64,000 nt of DNA, taken from assembly GCA_001244265.2 (NCBI GenBank), contig CDLV01000014.1, positions 992,001 to 1,056,000 of the forward strand, written 5' to 3'. The stretch is from Microbotryum violaceum. Taxonomy: Eukaryota. This document shows positions 50,806 to 62,446 of this stretch, in pieces. Made by a program: the position numbers and the translations under genes. Numbering within the stretch: position 1 is the stretch's first letter; the number at the start of each line of letters is the position of its first letter. Below the pieces are notes generated by a model that was not told the origin of the DNA, made no database searches, and was given only the letters and a program-made list of their open reading frames with translations.

Positions 50806-53800
50806 TCACAATTCGACGGTCTGAATCCGTGTCCCCGGTGCAACCTTACCCCGAGCAACTTTTCTTTGCGACTCTAGCATCCTCTCGACGCTCTCATCAA
50901 GTTCGCCGTAGAAGCCATATCCAGCAAAGTCGCTTTCTTCAAGATCGATGGATCCCGACCTGAGATGACTCGACATTGGTTTCCCGCTCCTAGCATCAAC
51001 CTCGCCCACGAAATGATCGACAAAGACCGAGTTAGGCTTGCGGTTCGCTTCGGCGTGGAGCTGTCGCATCATGCGATAGACCTCGATAAAGTACTGTCGG
51101 AGGGAATCGAGGAAGCGCTGGGTCTGGCGATGTTTGGATGCGGCACAGAAAGCGATAGAGTCGTCTTTTATGATGTATCCGACTGTGGAACGCGGAAGTT
51201 GAGTAAGGATTTGTGGATCAATACAGGAACAGCGCCGCCCCAGAAAGCAGAACGTGCGGAAAGAGCTCACTTCCAAAGCCATCAGGGGTGACTGCCCCAA
51301 AACCGAACAGGCGCAGCGCGGGGTTGCCACAATTCGAAGTCGACAGGATTGAAGCGTTGAGTGTGGCGTACCCCGAATCCTTGAACAAAGCCGGTACAGA
51401 CTTCGTGATGCTAACTCCATCCGCACCAAGCGGCTCGTCAGAATCGAAGTCCAAATCCGAGCCCGAGCCCTCGGCCCCGTTCGATGCATGCCCATTCTTG
51501 GATCGTTCTTCTTTGTCTTGCTGCATCCGTTGCTGATGAAGGCAATACATCGCGTAGAGAACACGATCTTGGCCGAAACCTTTCGAGCAGGCTTTGGTCA
51601 ATTCGGTGTGGGCTTTGCAAGCAGCACGAAGGGCGTTAATCTTGTCCCGCGGGGGGGCGTCAGAGCAGAATGTCTTGACAAAGGCAACGGACCTGAGGGT
51701 TGAGGGATAGCCAGAGTACGCGATGAGCAACATGCAGGCTCTGTATGGGAATATCGAGCGGAGCTTGACCTACTCCGGAGTGACCGGTCTGATTGCCTCC
51801 GTGCGACCGTGCAAAAACGATTTCGTCATCGCCGGTTCGTACGTCGATTCTGTTCTTCCATAGAGCGAGAAGTATGCCGCTTGGTATGCCATTTGCACAA
51901 AAGCGTCGGGGGAAAATCCATGCTGCGTAATCGCATTCTTGCCATACACTTCGAATTCCAGCGCAACGACCTCGTTCGAACAGATCAGATCGCTGAGGCG
52001 AGTCTCAGCAAAGCGAACAGCAACTTTGAGATCGGGAGTCATGACCCATTCGAGCTTCTTGGGTGCGGTGTCGATGTCTTCGGGTGCTTCGTCACTCTGA
52101 CCCTTCGCAGGAAGCTTCTTGCCTCCACCGGTTGCCCAGGGCGAAACTTTGGCTTTGAACAGCGTCGAGGAAGCCGAGTTGATCGATTTCGCAAATCGGA
52201 GAATCAGCTCCGTATAGACGTCGGCGACGAAGCGGAGCACGGTGTGTCCGTCAACCCCCGAATGCTCAAAGTTGATTCCAGCAGCGCCGTTCTCGGCTAC
52301 GATAATTTGGAGCTACATAGCTCAGAACCAGTCCCAGGCAAATCAGCATGGTAGCATCGGGCAGCAGAGAACGACTGAATTCCATTGTACCAACCTTATC
52401 GTAATATCGGTTGGTGCAGGTGCCGACTTGAACGCCTTTCTCTAACTTGTACGTTCCGCCTGCAATTGTCAATGAGCCACTTGGCGTTGGTCAGGGTCAA
52501 GCACGCGTACAGCAGGAGCTAGAGCATCCACGGTAGAAAAACGCACAAAGCATGTTTGTCGCGATCTCACTTGCGGTCCCCGGATTCGCATCATCGAGGC
52601 AGACAACGAATAGAGCCTTGTCGAGCACGTCGAGGCACATCGAATTGCCTTGGTCGCTCATCAGTCGCTCACGGTGACCTGCCCAGATTGCTCGACGCTC
52701 TGTGCTCAGCACTCCCAGAGCGGATTGTGCGACTTGATTGCGAGGGGTTCGTGCCGCGTCAGAAACGATCGCGGTCAAGTTAGAGAGCAGCGCCCGCTCC
52801 GTGAGGCAAGGCCGGTTCTTCGAGTCAAGGACCTGAATGCCCAGCCAGTGGGGGTCAACACGGGTCCAGATCTGTGAAGTTCCGGTCCCAGATAGGGGTT
52901 GAGCTCACATCGAACCAGTAGAATTGACCGCGCGCCATAACGACGATATGCCTAGACTCGAGATCGACTTGCATTTTGCACCCAGTCCTGAAAACGTTTC
53001 GGGTAGGAACCGATTAGGGTACCAATCGTGGTTATAGAAAGGCAGCGTTCAACTCACCTCGTAGGGATCCGCGCGGTACCAAAGAGCTTGGCGTATTGAC
53101 TCATGTCCACTGAGAAGCACCATCGTGAAGACGCATCGTGAGTCAGCACAAACCATCGTCGAAGCGCAACCAACGCCCGTCGGCCGAGGGCTTGATGAGC
53201 ACAAAGTAATGCCCGCCGCGAAGGTCGCCGGAATGGACGAGCACGCCGTGCAATTTGTAGTTGTACGACTCGGAACGATCGGCTTGTTCGGACAGGTACG
53301 GTTCGAGATCGATTTCGAGCGGGAGCAAAGACGGGAGACGGGCGACGTACAAGGCGTTCCTCGGAATTCATCGGGCTCCAACTGGCCAGTCCTGAAGTCG
53401 TGGACGAACCCTAGACTGGCGAGGATGAGTGAACTTGCTCGCATCAATTGGTTGCCTCGAGCAGGAGTTGGATCGTCTCTTTGAAACACGGCCGAGCATA
53501 CGGGATGAGTTCGTGAGCTCGACTTGCTTCAGTACCTCCGAGGTTGGTCTCCCTTTCGGACGGAAACCAGCTTCGATCAACTTACTCGAGGATAAAGAAA
53601 GGGTTGAGGCTGAGCACGACCGAATCCGAATGCGACAGGTAGCTCTCAGTCCAGAACTCCTCGATGAAGCTGGCTCGGGTCGAGGCATACTCGAGCAAGT
53701 CCTTGTGCAGTGCGGGGCCCTCCTTGTGCAGGAAGTCGTTTACGACTTTCTTGGTACGTGCATGCTCGACTGGACCCTGTTCGTATGTATAGAGGGGTAA

Positions 53801-54176
53801 GCAAGAGCGGGGAGCGGGGAGCAGGATGGCCGACAACACGATTTTGTTCGGGTCAGGCCGCGAGCGAGGTGCACTTGGGCTTGAGTGGGGTGTGGGGCGC
53901 CCCGCCTACGCAGACAACGTCACCCGGCAGCCACGGAGCAACTGCACTCGCAATCTCGCAGTCCTCAATGCGAGTTGCACGGACACTGACCTGTAGTCCT
54001 TCGAGAGCGCGGAGATATCGCTTCATCGTGTCTTCCAATGGCGGGATCGGCAGATGGGGTAGTTTGTTCTGATGTTGCATCGTGCGACCGCCGACCGAGA
54101 CGGGGCCATCCGGTGGAGGGCCCTCGAGCACGGCGTGACTGACGCTGATTCCGGCCACCTTGGCTGAGCCCGACAT
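50806..54176 (-). CDS. YAT1: Carnitine O-acetyltransferase (Yat1/FacC type), multi-exon
   Basis: LPHLPIPPLEDT, SVVLSLNPFFILE, NRYYDK, GINFEHSGVDGHTVLRF, SPDAFVQMAYQAAY..YEPAMTKSFLHGRTE and LSTSNCGNPALRLFGFGAVTPDGFG. Confidence 0.93.
53155..53322 (-). pseudogene. Fragment of USP7/Ubp15-type ubiquitin-specific protease inside an intron
   Basis: PLEIDLEPYLSEQADRSESYNYKLHGVLVHSGDLRGGHYFVLIKPSADGRWLRFDD (USP His box), within intron 53110-53350. Confidence 0.88.
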
Positions 54177-54751
54177 GATGGACAAGAGTCCAGTCAGACG
54201 GGGAGTCGTGTATGTAGGGCAGAGGTCGGGAGGGGTGAGCTCCACCGATGTACGTGTGTGCGGTGTCGAAAGGGTGGGGTAGGTACCACCGGTGCGGAGG
54301 AGGCCAACCTACGAGTACAACGGTCCCGAGTGGATAGACACTACTAGCACTACTCGCTCCGAGCTCGTCCCCACCGCGACGGACTCAAGTTTTGCGCGGA
54401 GCGCGATTCCGATCCGACTTCATCCGGGCGATCACCCATAACCCGATCACCCCGCATCCCCGATGTGCATCGCACTTGATCAACACTCGATGCCTTGAAA
54501 GGTGAATAGCCGGATTGTTCCGAGACTTTCAGGTCATCCCAGAGCCTATGTCTGATTGTGTTGATACCGAGTCGAAACAAAATAAGCGAGCCCACTGCAG
54601 TGCCCACCCTCAGTCGAAGACGGCACATCACGTGCATCGTCGGGCTCGGCCTCACCACGATCCTGGAACTACGAGCTCTGACTGGTTGCAGTGACCAGCG
54701 GAATGACTGGGCCAATGTGCCAACCAAGGAAGAACACCGTTCTAAGTAGCC

Positions 54752-55130
54752 TTTACCCTAACTCGTCAAAAAAAACGTGCGAGTTAAGGTATATAAACTT
54801 CCAAAACCTCGATAGATGTACCTAAAATCGCGGTTTTTAGCTAGGTTGCGGCCCGGAGGGCCGCCTGTGGGGGATGTACCAGCACACTGTTGTGTCCGCC
54901 GCACCTGCCTGTGGTGTCCATGTTCCGATCAGAAGTCATGTACAAGCTCTGTGGCAACTTTTGTTTTTTTCGCGCCAGTCGAACGAAGCTACAGCGTTCC
55001 CAGTCTTTTCTGTCACTTTTTCATTGATGTAGAACTGTGCGAACAATTATATTGTATTTAATGGACGGCAAGCGCGTGGCTTTGTAGGACATTACTTTTA
55101 CAGCAGAGCTCCACCTGGCGCCTGACGCGT
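54752..55130 (+). mobile_element. Rolling-circle-element-like relic (terminal hairpin plus block shared with 12084-12390)
   Basis: TACCCTAACTCG...CGAGTTAAGGTA hairpin. ATGTACCTAAAATCGC...CCGCACCTGCCTGTG...CAGAAGTCATGTAC...CAAGCGCGTGG is shared with the region upstream of the Helitron Rep pseudogene. Confidence 0.6.
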
Positions 55131-55544
55131 GAAGAAATCGACGGGGCAGCGCAAGCAACAAGTTCGGGGGGCAAACCCACCGAGGAGGCGGGTGGTAAAG
55201 GGAAAAATCTCAAGTTCCGAGCAAGCCGGGGGCTCTGTTGCAAGGGAAAGTATGTAATCCCAGCGAGATGGATTAATTCACACCGCACTCGCTCGGGGAG
55301 CCGATAGAGCCCGATGGTCGCCTTTGGCAACGGGCCCGCCTGCGTCAGCCTGCGACTGCCTGCGCGCCTGCGACCTGCGACTTCCTGCGACCGCTGGGCG
55401 CGCCAGTTCCTGCTGGGCTCACCGTAACGCGGTCCTTACCCAGACTCCCCACCCTTCCCGCTCAACGACGAAGGTTAGTCCGATTGACCAACACAGACCC
55501 AAGGCTTATATCAACGCTGATTCTGATGTTTATCGTGGTGGTAG

Positions 55545-56464
55545 ATGGCGAACATTGGAATCCCGACCAAGCTGCTGCACGAAGCATTGGGACATGTCAT
55601 CACCGTCGAGCTTAAGACCGGCCAGGTGTACAGGGGCAAGCTGTTCGAAGGTGAGTCACACTCTGGGCCGCTATGATGGTTTCAACAGAGGCGGCTTTGC
55701 TGCTGTGTTGTACCGTCGTCATGGCGCTGTCAACATTGCCCTCGCGTTGGTTGGCCAGCACTGGTCGCACCCCTACCGCGTCTGTGGCTATCAACCCAGC
55801 GCTTCCCACCTCGACCATATCACTGCTCGCCTTTTAGCACCCGAATCGCCCGACTTCCGAATCGCCAGAGCCCTCGACGTAGATCGCTAGCTCGTGCCTG
55901 CGCTGTCGCACTCGTAACTCGCGTCCTGATCTCGACGAGGGCACCCAGCCGTCACCGCTCTCATACTCCGATCATGGGACTACATCGAACCCAAGACGAC
56001 TTGCTGCTTGCGTGTGAGGCCCGGGGGTCGGCACTGATCCTGGCTTGCCCATTTTCATCGTCAATTACCAGCCGAGGACTCGTTGTCGATTTCCTTGACC
56101 CTTGTCACCGTGACACATCGTGATGGTCGTGTCACACAACTCGATCAGGTCAGTCGCTGCAGCCCAGAACTACACCGTGAATACATCTGATCTTTGTTTC
56201 TGCCCCGTCTGTGACTGCTTGCATTGTTTCATTGGCGCCTTGCTCTACGCTCGCAATCCCTAGGTCTACATTCGAGGGAGCTCGATCCGCTTCTACGTCG
56301 TGCCCGACATGCTCTCGCAGGCGCCCATGTTCAAACGAGTCGGCCCGAACGCTCTCAAAGGTCGTGGTATCGGTGCCGCACGTGGACGAGCGACCATCAT
56401 GCGTGCGCAGGCAAGACGAGGACGAGGGACTGGTGGGGGAAGCAGGCCGCCTATTAGGCGTTGA
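55545..56464 (+). CDS. SMD3: Small nuclear ribonucleoprotein Sm D3, 3 exons
   Basis: [38 protein letters not shown]...[34 protein letters not shown]...RGRG. Confidence 0.95.
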
Positions 56465-57033
56465 GAGAGCAGGCAGCGGGCAGCGAACGTGGCGCAGATG
56501 TGGCACAAAAGGGTGCTTGGCCGACCTCAGCCTGAGCTTCACGTGCCCTTCAATCGGTTCCGGAGGAGAAGGATATTACCAGACAGAAGGAGAAGACGTC
56601 AAAGAAAATAGTGACGGTCGTTTAGGTCGGTGTCGGCGCCTGGAGACAGGATTCTCGACGATGCAATCACGATACGTTGTAACATTCCGTGCCCGAGACT
56701 TCGGCAGGTGACAGGGCTCGCCGCGGGAGCAACCGAGGGGAAGCGGTGCTGCTGGGCCCACCGCTAGTGACACTCGAACACGGTACAGTGATGGCTAGGT
56801 TGCGAAGCCGTAAGCCTAAGCGGTTGCATGCGCCTTGACAGTAAAAGGGCTCAGATGCCCGCGTGCTCTGAACGGAGAACCTCGGAAGGCTGCGCGAAAC
56901 TGAGCTGAACTATGGTGCGGCGAACTTGACGAGACCTGACGTGCAGTGACGCTCAGTGACGTGCCCGAGCGTACCGGCTGGTCAGGGCTGGTCCAGGACT
57001 CCAGGTACTGTCTAGGCTGGTCCTCGCGCCAGC

Positions 57034-57247
57034 AGGACCCCCGAAAGCCCAGCCGGAGGCGCATTTTTTTGTGACATTTTGAGGACCCAAAATCCTGAAA
57101 ATCATCGAGGCGCATTGCAAAATTTGACATTTTGGGACGAAACACTCGTTTTGCCCCCGAGGCGCCTTTGCAGATTTTGACATTTTCCCGTGAGTCGGCC
57201 CAATTTTGGCCTACCCCGAGCAGCCTACGGCATGACTGTTTGCCTTC
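57034..57247. mobile_element. End of another AGGACCC-family element, interrupted by LINEs
   Basis: AGGACCCCCGAAAGCCCAGCC followed by GAGGCGCA..GACATTTT subterminal repeats. Confidence 0.75.
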
Positions 57248-57417
57248 TTTTTTTTTTTTATCTAATAGATTTCATTAACAGCATATCTATATTAATGCCT
57301 AAAAATCCTCGGAAAAGACGGAGGGAATGCAGTTAAGCACACTGGCGAGGCCAGTAGTGTGGGACTCGTTGACCTTGGAACAAAATCAACCATACCCACT
57401 AAAACCCCCTTAGGCGG

Positions 57418-60400
57418 TTACAGCGAAACCAGTCGTCCCTTGGACTCCTGGATGGACGCGCGGAGCTCCTCAAATGCCGTTTCGGCGATCGGCTCCAGAG
57501 GATCCGACGAAAATCGACGGCGACGAGAGAGCTTCCAGATCGCGTGGAAGAAGAGTAGACGCAGCTCGACGGGTCGGCGTTCCGAGCGAGAAACGACCGG
57601 GCACACGAACTGAACAAAGTCGGGGTGTGGGATAGGAGTGAGCGCAGACCAGAGGCGGCGGGCAAACGGGCAACCGACCGCAAGGTGTGCCAGGGTCTCC
57701 GGAGCCTCCGACAGGCACATGACACATGCGGTAGATCGATTGTGGAGAGAACGGCTATTTGGAGAAGCGATTTGGCTACCTGGATGAAGTGAACCTAGGG
57801 AGAGGAGGTGGGCCGTGTCTTCGGCGTCCGAATGAACCCTGCGAATCTTGCGTAGCGCCTTCCACCAGGCATTCCAGCGTTGCTCGGGGAGACAGAAAAC
57901 CCTCTGATGACCGAGAGGGAGGATAGGAGGGTAGAGGAAGGCTTGGTGGCGTTTGGACGCGTTCACAAACGAAGACGGAGTCATCACCTCGCCATCGGGT
58001 CCTCGGAAAAGCGTCGGGTTCACCGAGAGTCGGATTCCGTGGCCTGCTGGGAAGTAGAGGACGTGTGTTGCCCACCGCTCCAGATTCGGGCTCTTGGAAA
58101 GTTCGGGGGGTTCAGCGTTGTCACCAAATCCCAGGCTTCGAAAAAGCGGATCCATCGTGGAGGGAGCAGGGCCTTCGTCTTCCTCACTGCGCGTTCCCAC
58201 TGTGGAGGAGGGTGGCAAAAGTAGGCCCACCAGATCCAGACCCACGAGCGACGATGTGGGTTGGGGCCTGATTTGGGCAAGGTAAAGGGGGTGCGTTCGT
58301 TCGCCGCCTGAAGGCGAGTGCGGATGTCGAAGAGGTGCCGAATGAAGCAGCCGTCCGGGTCCCGAAGATGAAAGACCCACTTGGCGTGATCGACCGCGAG
58401 GCGCCGAGGTAAGTCAATCAAGCCAAAGCCGCCGTGGTCGAGAGGGGTGCAGAGGCGCAGCCGAGAGACCTTCGGGGTTTCTGAGATCCGTCCGAGGCTC
58501 GACCGTGGATAGCGATCATGACCGCGTCCTCGATCTCCTTGACGACGCTCTTGGAAGCTGGGATGAAACGATTATGGTAGAGAATCTTCGTGTAGCAGTA
58601 GATATTGATTATCGAACATTTCGCTGCGTACGGAAGGTCGTACATTGGGATGGATCGTATCCGGGCGACGGTCGCGGACTTGACCTCCTCCCAGCCCGCA
58701 TCCTCGGCGATGTCCACCCCAACCTGCACTCCCAGGTAACGAAACTGCGAGTCGCTGAGACGCCAGGACCCGAGGTGTGAAGGGATCGGACGGTCCCTGA
58801 ATGACCCGAGGGGGTAGAGGAAAGATTTGGCGTTGCTGAGCTTGCTGGCACTTGCCCGCTCGTACAGCTCGATCGCCCGATTGAGGTGGTCGAGGTCCGA
58901 GGTGTCGTGGAGAGCACAGCAGGCATCGTCGGCAAAGAGAAGTTCTCGTATGGTTGGGAGTCCCGGGCTCGCGATGCCCTTGACTTGTGACCGCAACTGT
59001 ACGGCGAAGCCCTCAATTGCGAGAACGAAGAGCGACGGAGCCAGCGGGTCGCCTTGTCGAACTCCCGAGAGGATATCGAACGCGGCCGAGAGCCATCCGT
59101 TGAGGTAGATTGAGGCGGATTGGTTTGTATAGGTCGCTCGGTACCATTGGCAGGCTTTCGGGCCAAGGCCAACGGCGCTGAGGACTGCATCGATGTAGGT
59201 GTGGGAAAGACGGTCGTAAGCCTTCTCGAAGTCCATCACTGCGAGCAGACCGGACACCGGCTCTGAACCCGGGAGCCCAGGATCCATGAGACACTGCACC
59301 TCGGCGATGTTCGTGCCAATCCAGCGGTTCGGAATGAAACCGCGCTGGGTCGAGCCGATCAGGGTCTCGAGCAGAGGGGCAAGGCGCTGGTTGTGGGCTT
59401 GGGAGATGATGCGTTCATCAGCGTTGATGAGTGATATGGGGCGTTTGTTCACCAGCCGATCCCTCTCGCCGCGCTTGTGGATGAGGTGGATGTGGGCAGT
59501 GTGGCGGGCCGACGTTCGAGAACTGGCGTCGTCGGTGGGGATCGAGTTGATGACGTCGCGGAGGATGGGGCCTGTGGCTGTCCACGTTGCGCGGTAAAAC
59601 TCGACCGGGAGACCGTCGGGTCCAGGCGAGGAGTTCGACTTACACGCCTCTTGTGCCTTTGTTATCTCCTCTAGGGGGTACACTCCTTCGAGCTTGTCCG
59701 AATCGGCAGGGGATAGGCGAGTCGAGGCGAGACCGTCGATAATCTTCTCCAAGGCGTCGTCATCGATAGCGCGATCCTCGTAGACCCCTTCGAAGTACTT
59801 GCTAGTGGCTCCAAGCATCGAGTCGGGGTCGGAGTGGACGACATTGTCGACCGAGAGGGAAGGGATGAGGTCGGATGCGCGCACTTTGCGTAGGCGGATG
59901 AAGATGGAAGATGGGCCCGCGAGGGAAGGATCAATGCGGGACCGCAGCGCCGCGCCGTAGCGCGAGTGATCTGCCTTCGCCTCCTCCGATCCTCCACGTC
60001 GGAAGCGGGCAAGTGTGCGAGCCAGAGCCTGAAGCTCGGGCAGCAAGTGTTGTTTGGTGGACGTCCAAGCTGCTGATGGGTCGTCGGGCGTCTGGAGGAG
60101 GGCTTCATTGTAGAGGGCCTGGACAGTGGAAGTGAGGTATTCGCAGGTCGCGTCGCCCTCGATCACGTGCAAACCCAACTTGAATTTACCCGGACCGATG
60201 TCGATTGCGCCCGGCACTTGGAACCGCGCCGCCACCATCGAGTGCGTCGATTTGAGGACAGGAGCCCAGATTTTGTGGTCGTGGAAGAGGTCGACCCAAT
60301 CAGGCGAGACATAGATGCGGTCAAGGCGACGGCACGTGCCGGGCGCTGAGCGATTCGTCGTGGCTCGTCCTTTGGGATGGTGAAGCCGATAGACATCAAA

Positions 60401-60987
60401 GAGGTTGTTGGCCGTGGCAAGGTCGCGCATCTCCTGGCCCCCATAATTCGTCCCGTTTTGGTTCTCCGAATCGAGGGGTTGGGACTCAACACAATTCCAG
60501 TCCCCCCGACTAAGAGAGCAGGCGGCGAGGGCTCGTCGCGCACGACTTGTCGGAGGGCTGTGCTGAGATGTGAGAGGAAACGCTTTTTGTCTGGCTTGTC
60601 GGAGGAAGGCGCGTATATTGATACAACCCGGATTTTTGAGTCTCCCACGCGAAAGGTGGCGTCGGTGACTCGGTCGGGGAAAGCGAAAGAGGCACGAAGA
60701 GTGTTGGGAGGTGACTCGGGATCAATAGTGATGACCACGGAGTCGCTCTTCCAGAGTATAGCGGTGTTGTTGAGAGGAGTGAAAAGAGCGGAGAGCTTTA
60801 AGTCTTGGCACTCCTGAGTCCACTGGGCAACCCTTTCCGGGGAAGGTCGGCCCGTTTCGCTCAGGAGAAAGACATCGGCGTTATGGGAGCGGAGATTGGA
60901 GAAAAGAGAGGCACGCTTACGATCTTCATTGATTGACTGCACGTTGGCAGCAACAAAAGACACGTTTGGGATCTTAATTGTGCTCAT
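57418..60987 (-). pseudogene. LINE ORF2 (APE endonuclease, reverse transcriptase, zf-RVT-like), two apparent frameshifts
   Basis: NVQSIN..LLSET, RRLDRIY, SPGPDGLPVEFY, RPISLINAD, DFEKAYD, GVRQGDPLAP, LFADD, YLGV and CVMC..ETLAHLAVGC. Frame changes near 60505 and 58470. Confidence 0.93.
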
Positions 60988-62393
60988 CGTCTTGCTCCAT
61001 AACGTCGTCCACGTCCTCGGGGGGTGCTTCTTGGTCTTTGCCTTCTTCTTCGGCATCTTCGTCGGCGTCGGTGGCATCGGGTCGGGCTTTGATCGCTGAG
61101 GGCAACGGCGAGGAGGGCCGGGGGTTCGGCTCGGAGGCTTCGGGGGCAGGCGGAGTGGGCGGGTCTTCACGAGTGGCTGGTGTGGAGAGGGCAGCAATTG
61201 ACTGGGAACGAGTGATGATCGTCTTTGGCGTTGGTGTGGCCGGAGCAGGGCTTGGGGGCGAAGGGGTCGTCTCCGAGCTGGGGACTCGGAGGATTTTTCA
61301 ACGAGGGGAGGGGCAGTTGACTGGTTGGAGGCGGGCAGGGGGCGGAGTTGGGAGGGAAATTGAAGGAGAAACCGGGGCGAGGAGTCTCCGACAGGGGTTC
61401 AGGCTGAGCCCTGTTAGATGGATCTTGGGGCTGGGCAGCCAGGTCCTGATCTGGGTTCACTCGACGTTTTTTGGTCTTCAACGAGCGGTCGGGCGCGGGT
61501 GGCGCAGGGATCGACTTGGAGGCCGGGGGGGCTTTGGTCATGGTGGAGGCTTGCGCGGCACGTGACTCGGGAGTGCCCTGGGGGCTCGACGCGAAGCGGC
61601 GGCCCGGGCAATGCTGGCTGGCGTGCGAGGTGCTTGCGCACGACTTGCACGCCGGGGCGACGGGGCAGTCCTTACGGACATGGGCCGCGGAACGGCAGAA
61701 AAAACAGTGGCGCATGCCACCGGTGATCCTGAGCGGGATACGCTCGGTCACGCCGTCGCGTTCAATGGAGATGGATGCAGGAGGCAATTTGTTTGGGTCC
61801 CCGAGGGCAAGAACAAAGTCATACACCCCAGAGATGTGCCTAGTCTTGCCAATGTAATGAGTGCGGCGAAGGAGGACCTTGCCGTACTCGGCAATCTGCT
61901 CATCAAAGAGGCGGAGGCCCTCTACATCGGAGAAGAAGCCAGAAAGGGTGCATTGAATTAGACCAGTAGTGGCTGAGAATAGTTTCTCGACTTGGCACAA
62001 GGTCTTTCCAACGGTCAGACCATTCGCGACCAGGTCGGCGATGTCGGCGTCCTTAGGGAATCGGATGCCGTGTTGTCCCTTGATGACGCAGGGCATGGCG
62101 CCTGCAAGGGCCGGGTAGTGGTGATCGAGTGCTGAGAGCACTTTCTCGGAGGTGGTCGCGGGAGGGGTTTTGATGATTACACAGTTGGCGATGTTGTGAA
62201 TCATCGGGTGGGAGGCAACAGTCGTGGCGGTGGCGGGGGTGGCGTTGGTCTTCGCATGGGAACGGGCGGAGACGGCCGCGGAGTACGACTTGGTTTGGGC
62301 GGTGACGGTGACGCCGGTGGGGTCGGGAGGGCGATTAGGTGCTATAGCACCGGGGGTGGCATTGCTGGTGTCGTTGTTGTTGTGGTTGTTCAT
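60974..62393 (-). pseudogene. LINE ORF1 (gag-like, zinc knuckles, acidic tail overlapping ORF2 start)
   Basis: CFFCRSAAHVRKDC and CKSCASTSHASQHC. The acidic tail DADEDAEEE...DDEHN* is in another frame, implying one frameshift. Confidence 0.85.
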
Positions 62394-62446
62394 GCGTGTC
62401 GCCCTGGGTTTGAAGATCACTTATCGAGCTTCGAGACGCGTTTCGC

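Larger units (their letters stand above)
57248..62446 (-). mobile_element. Near full-length L1/Tx1-like non-LTR retrotransposon, copy 1
   Basis: ORF1 with CCHC knuckles, ORF2 with APE, RT and C-terminal zinc motif, short 3' UTR, poly(A) at 57248-57259. Confidence 0.95.

Noticed and set aside
58460-60510. Programmed frameshifting in LINE ORF2
   Set aside because: The shifts fall at or near short G/C runs, and copy 2 reads through the 58470-equivalent site, so decay or sequencing indels are more likely.
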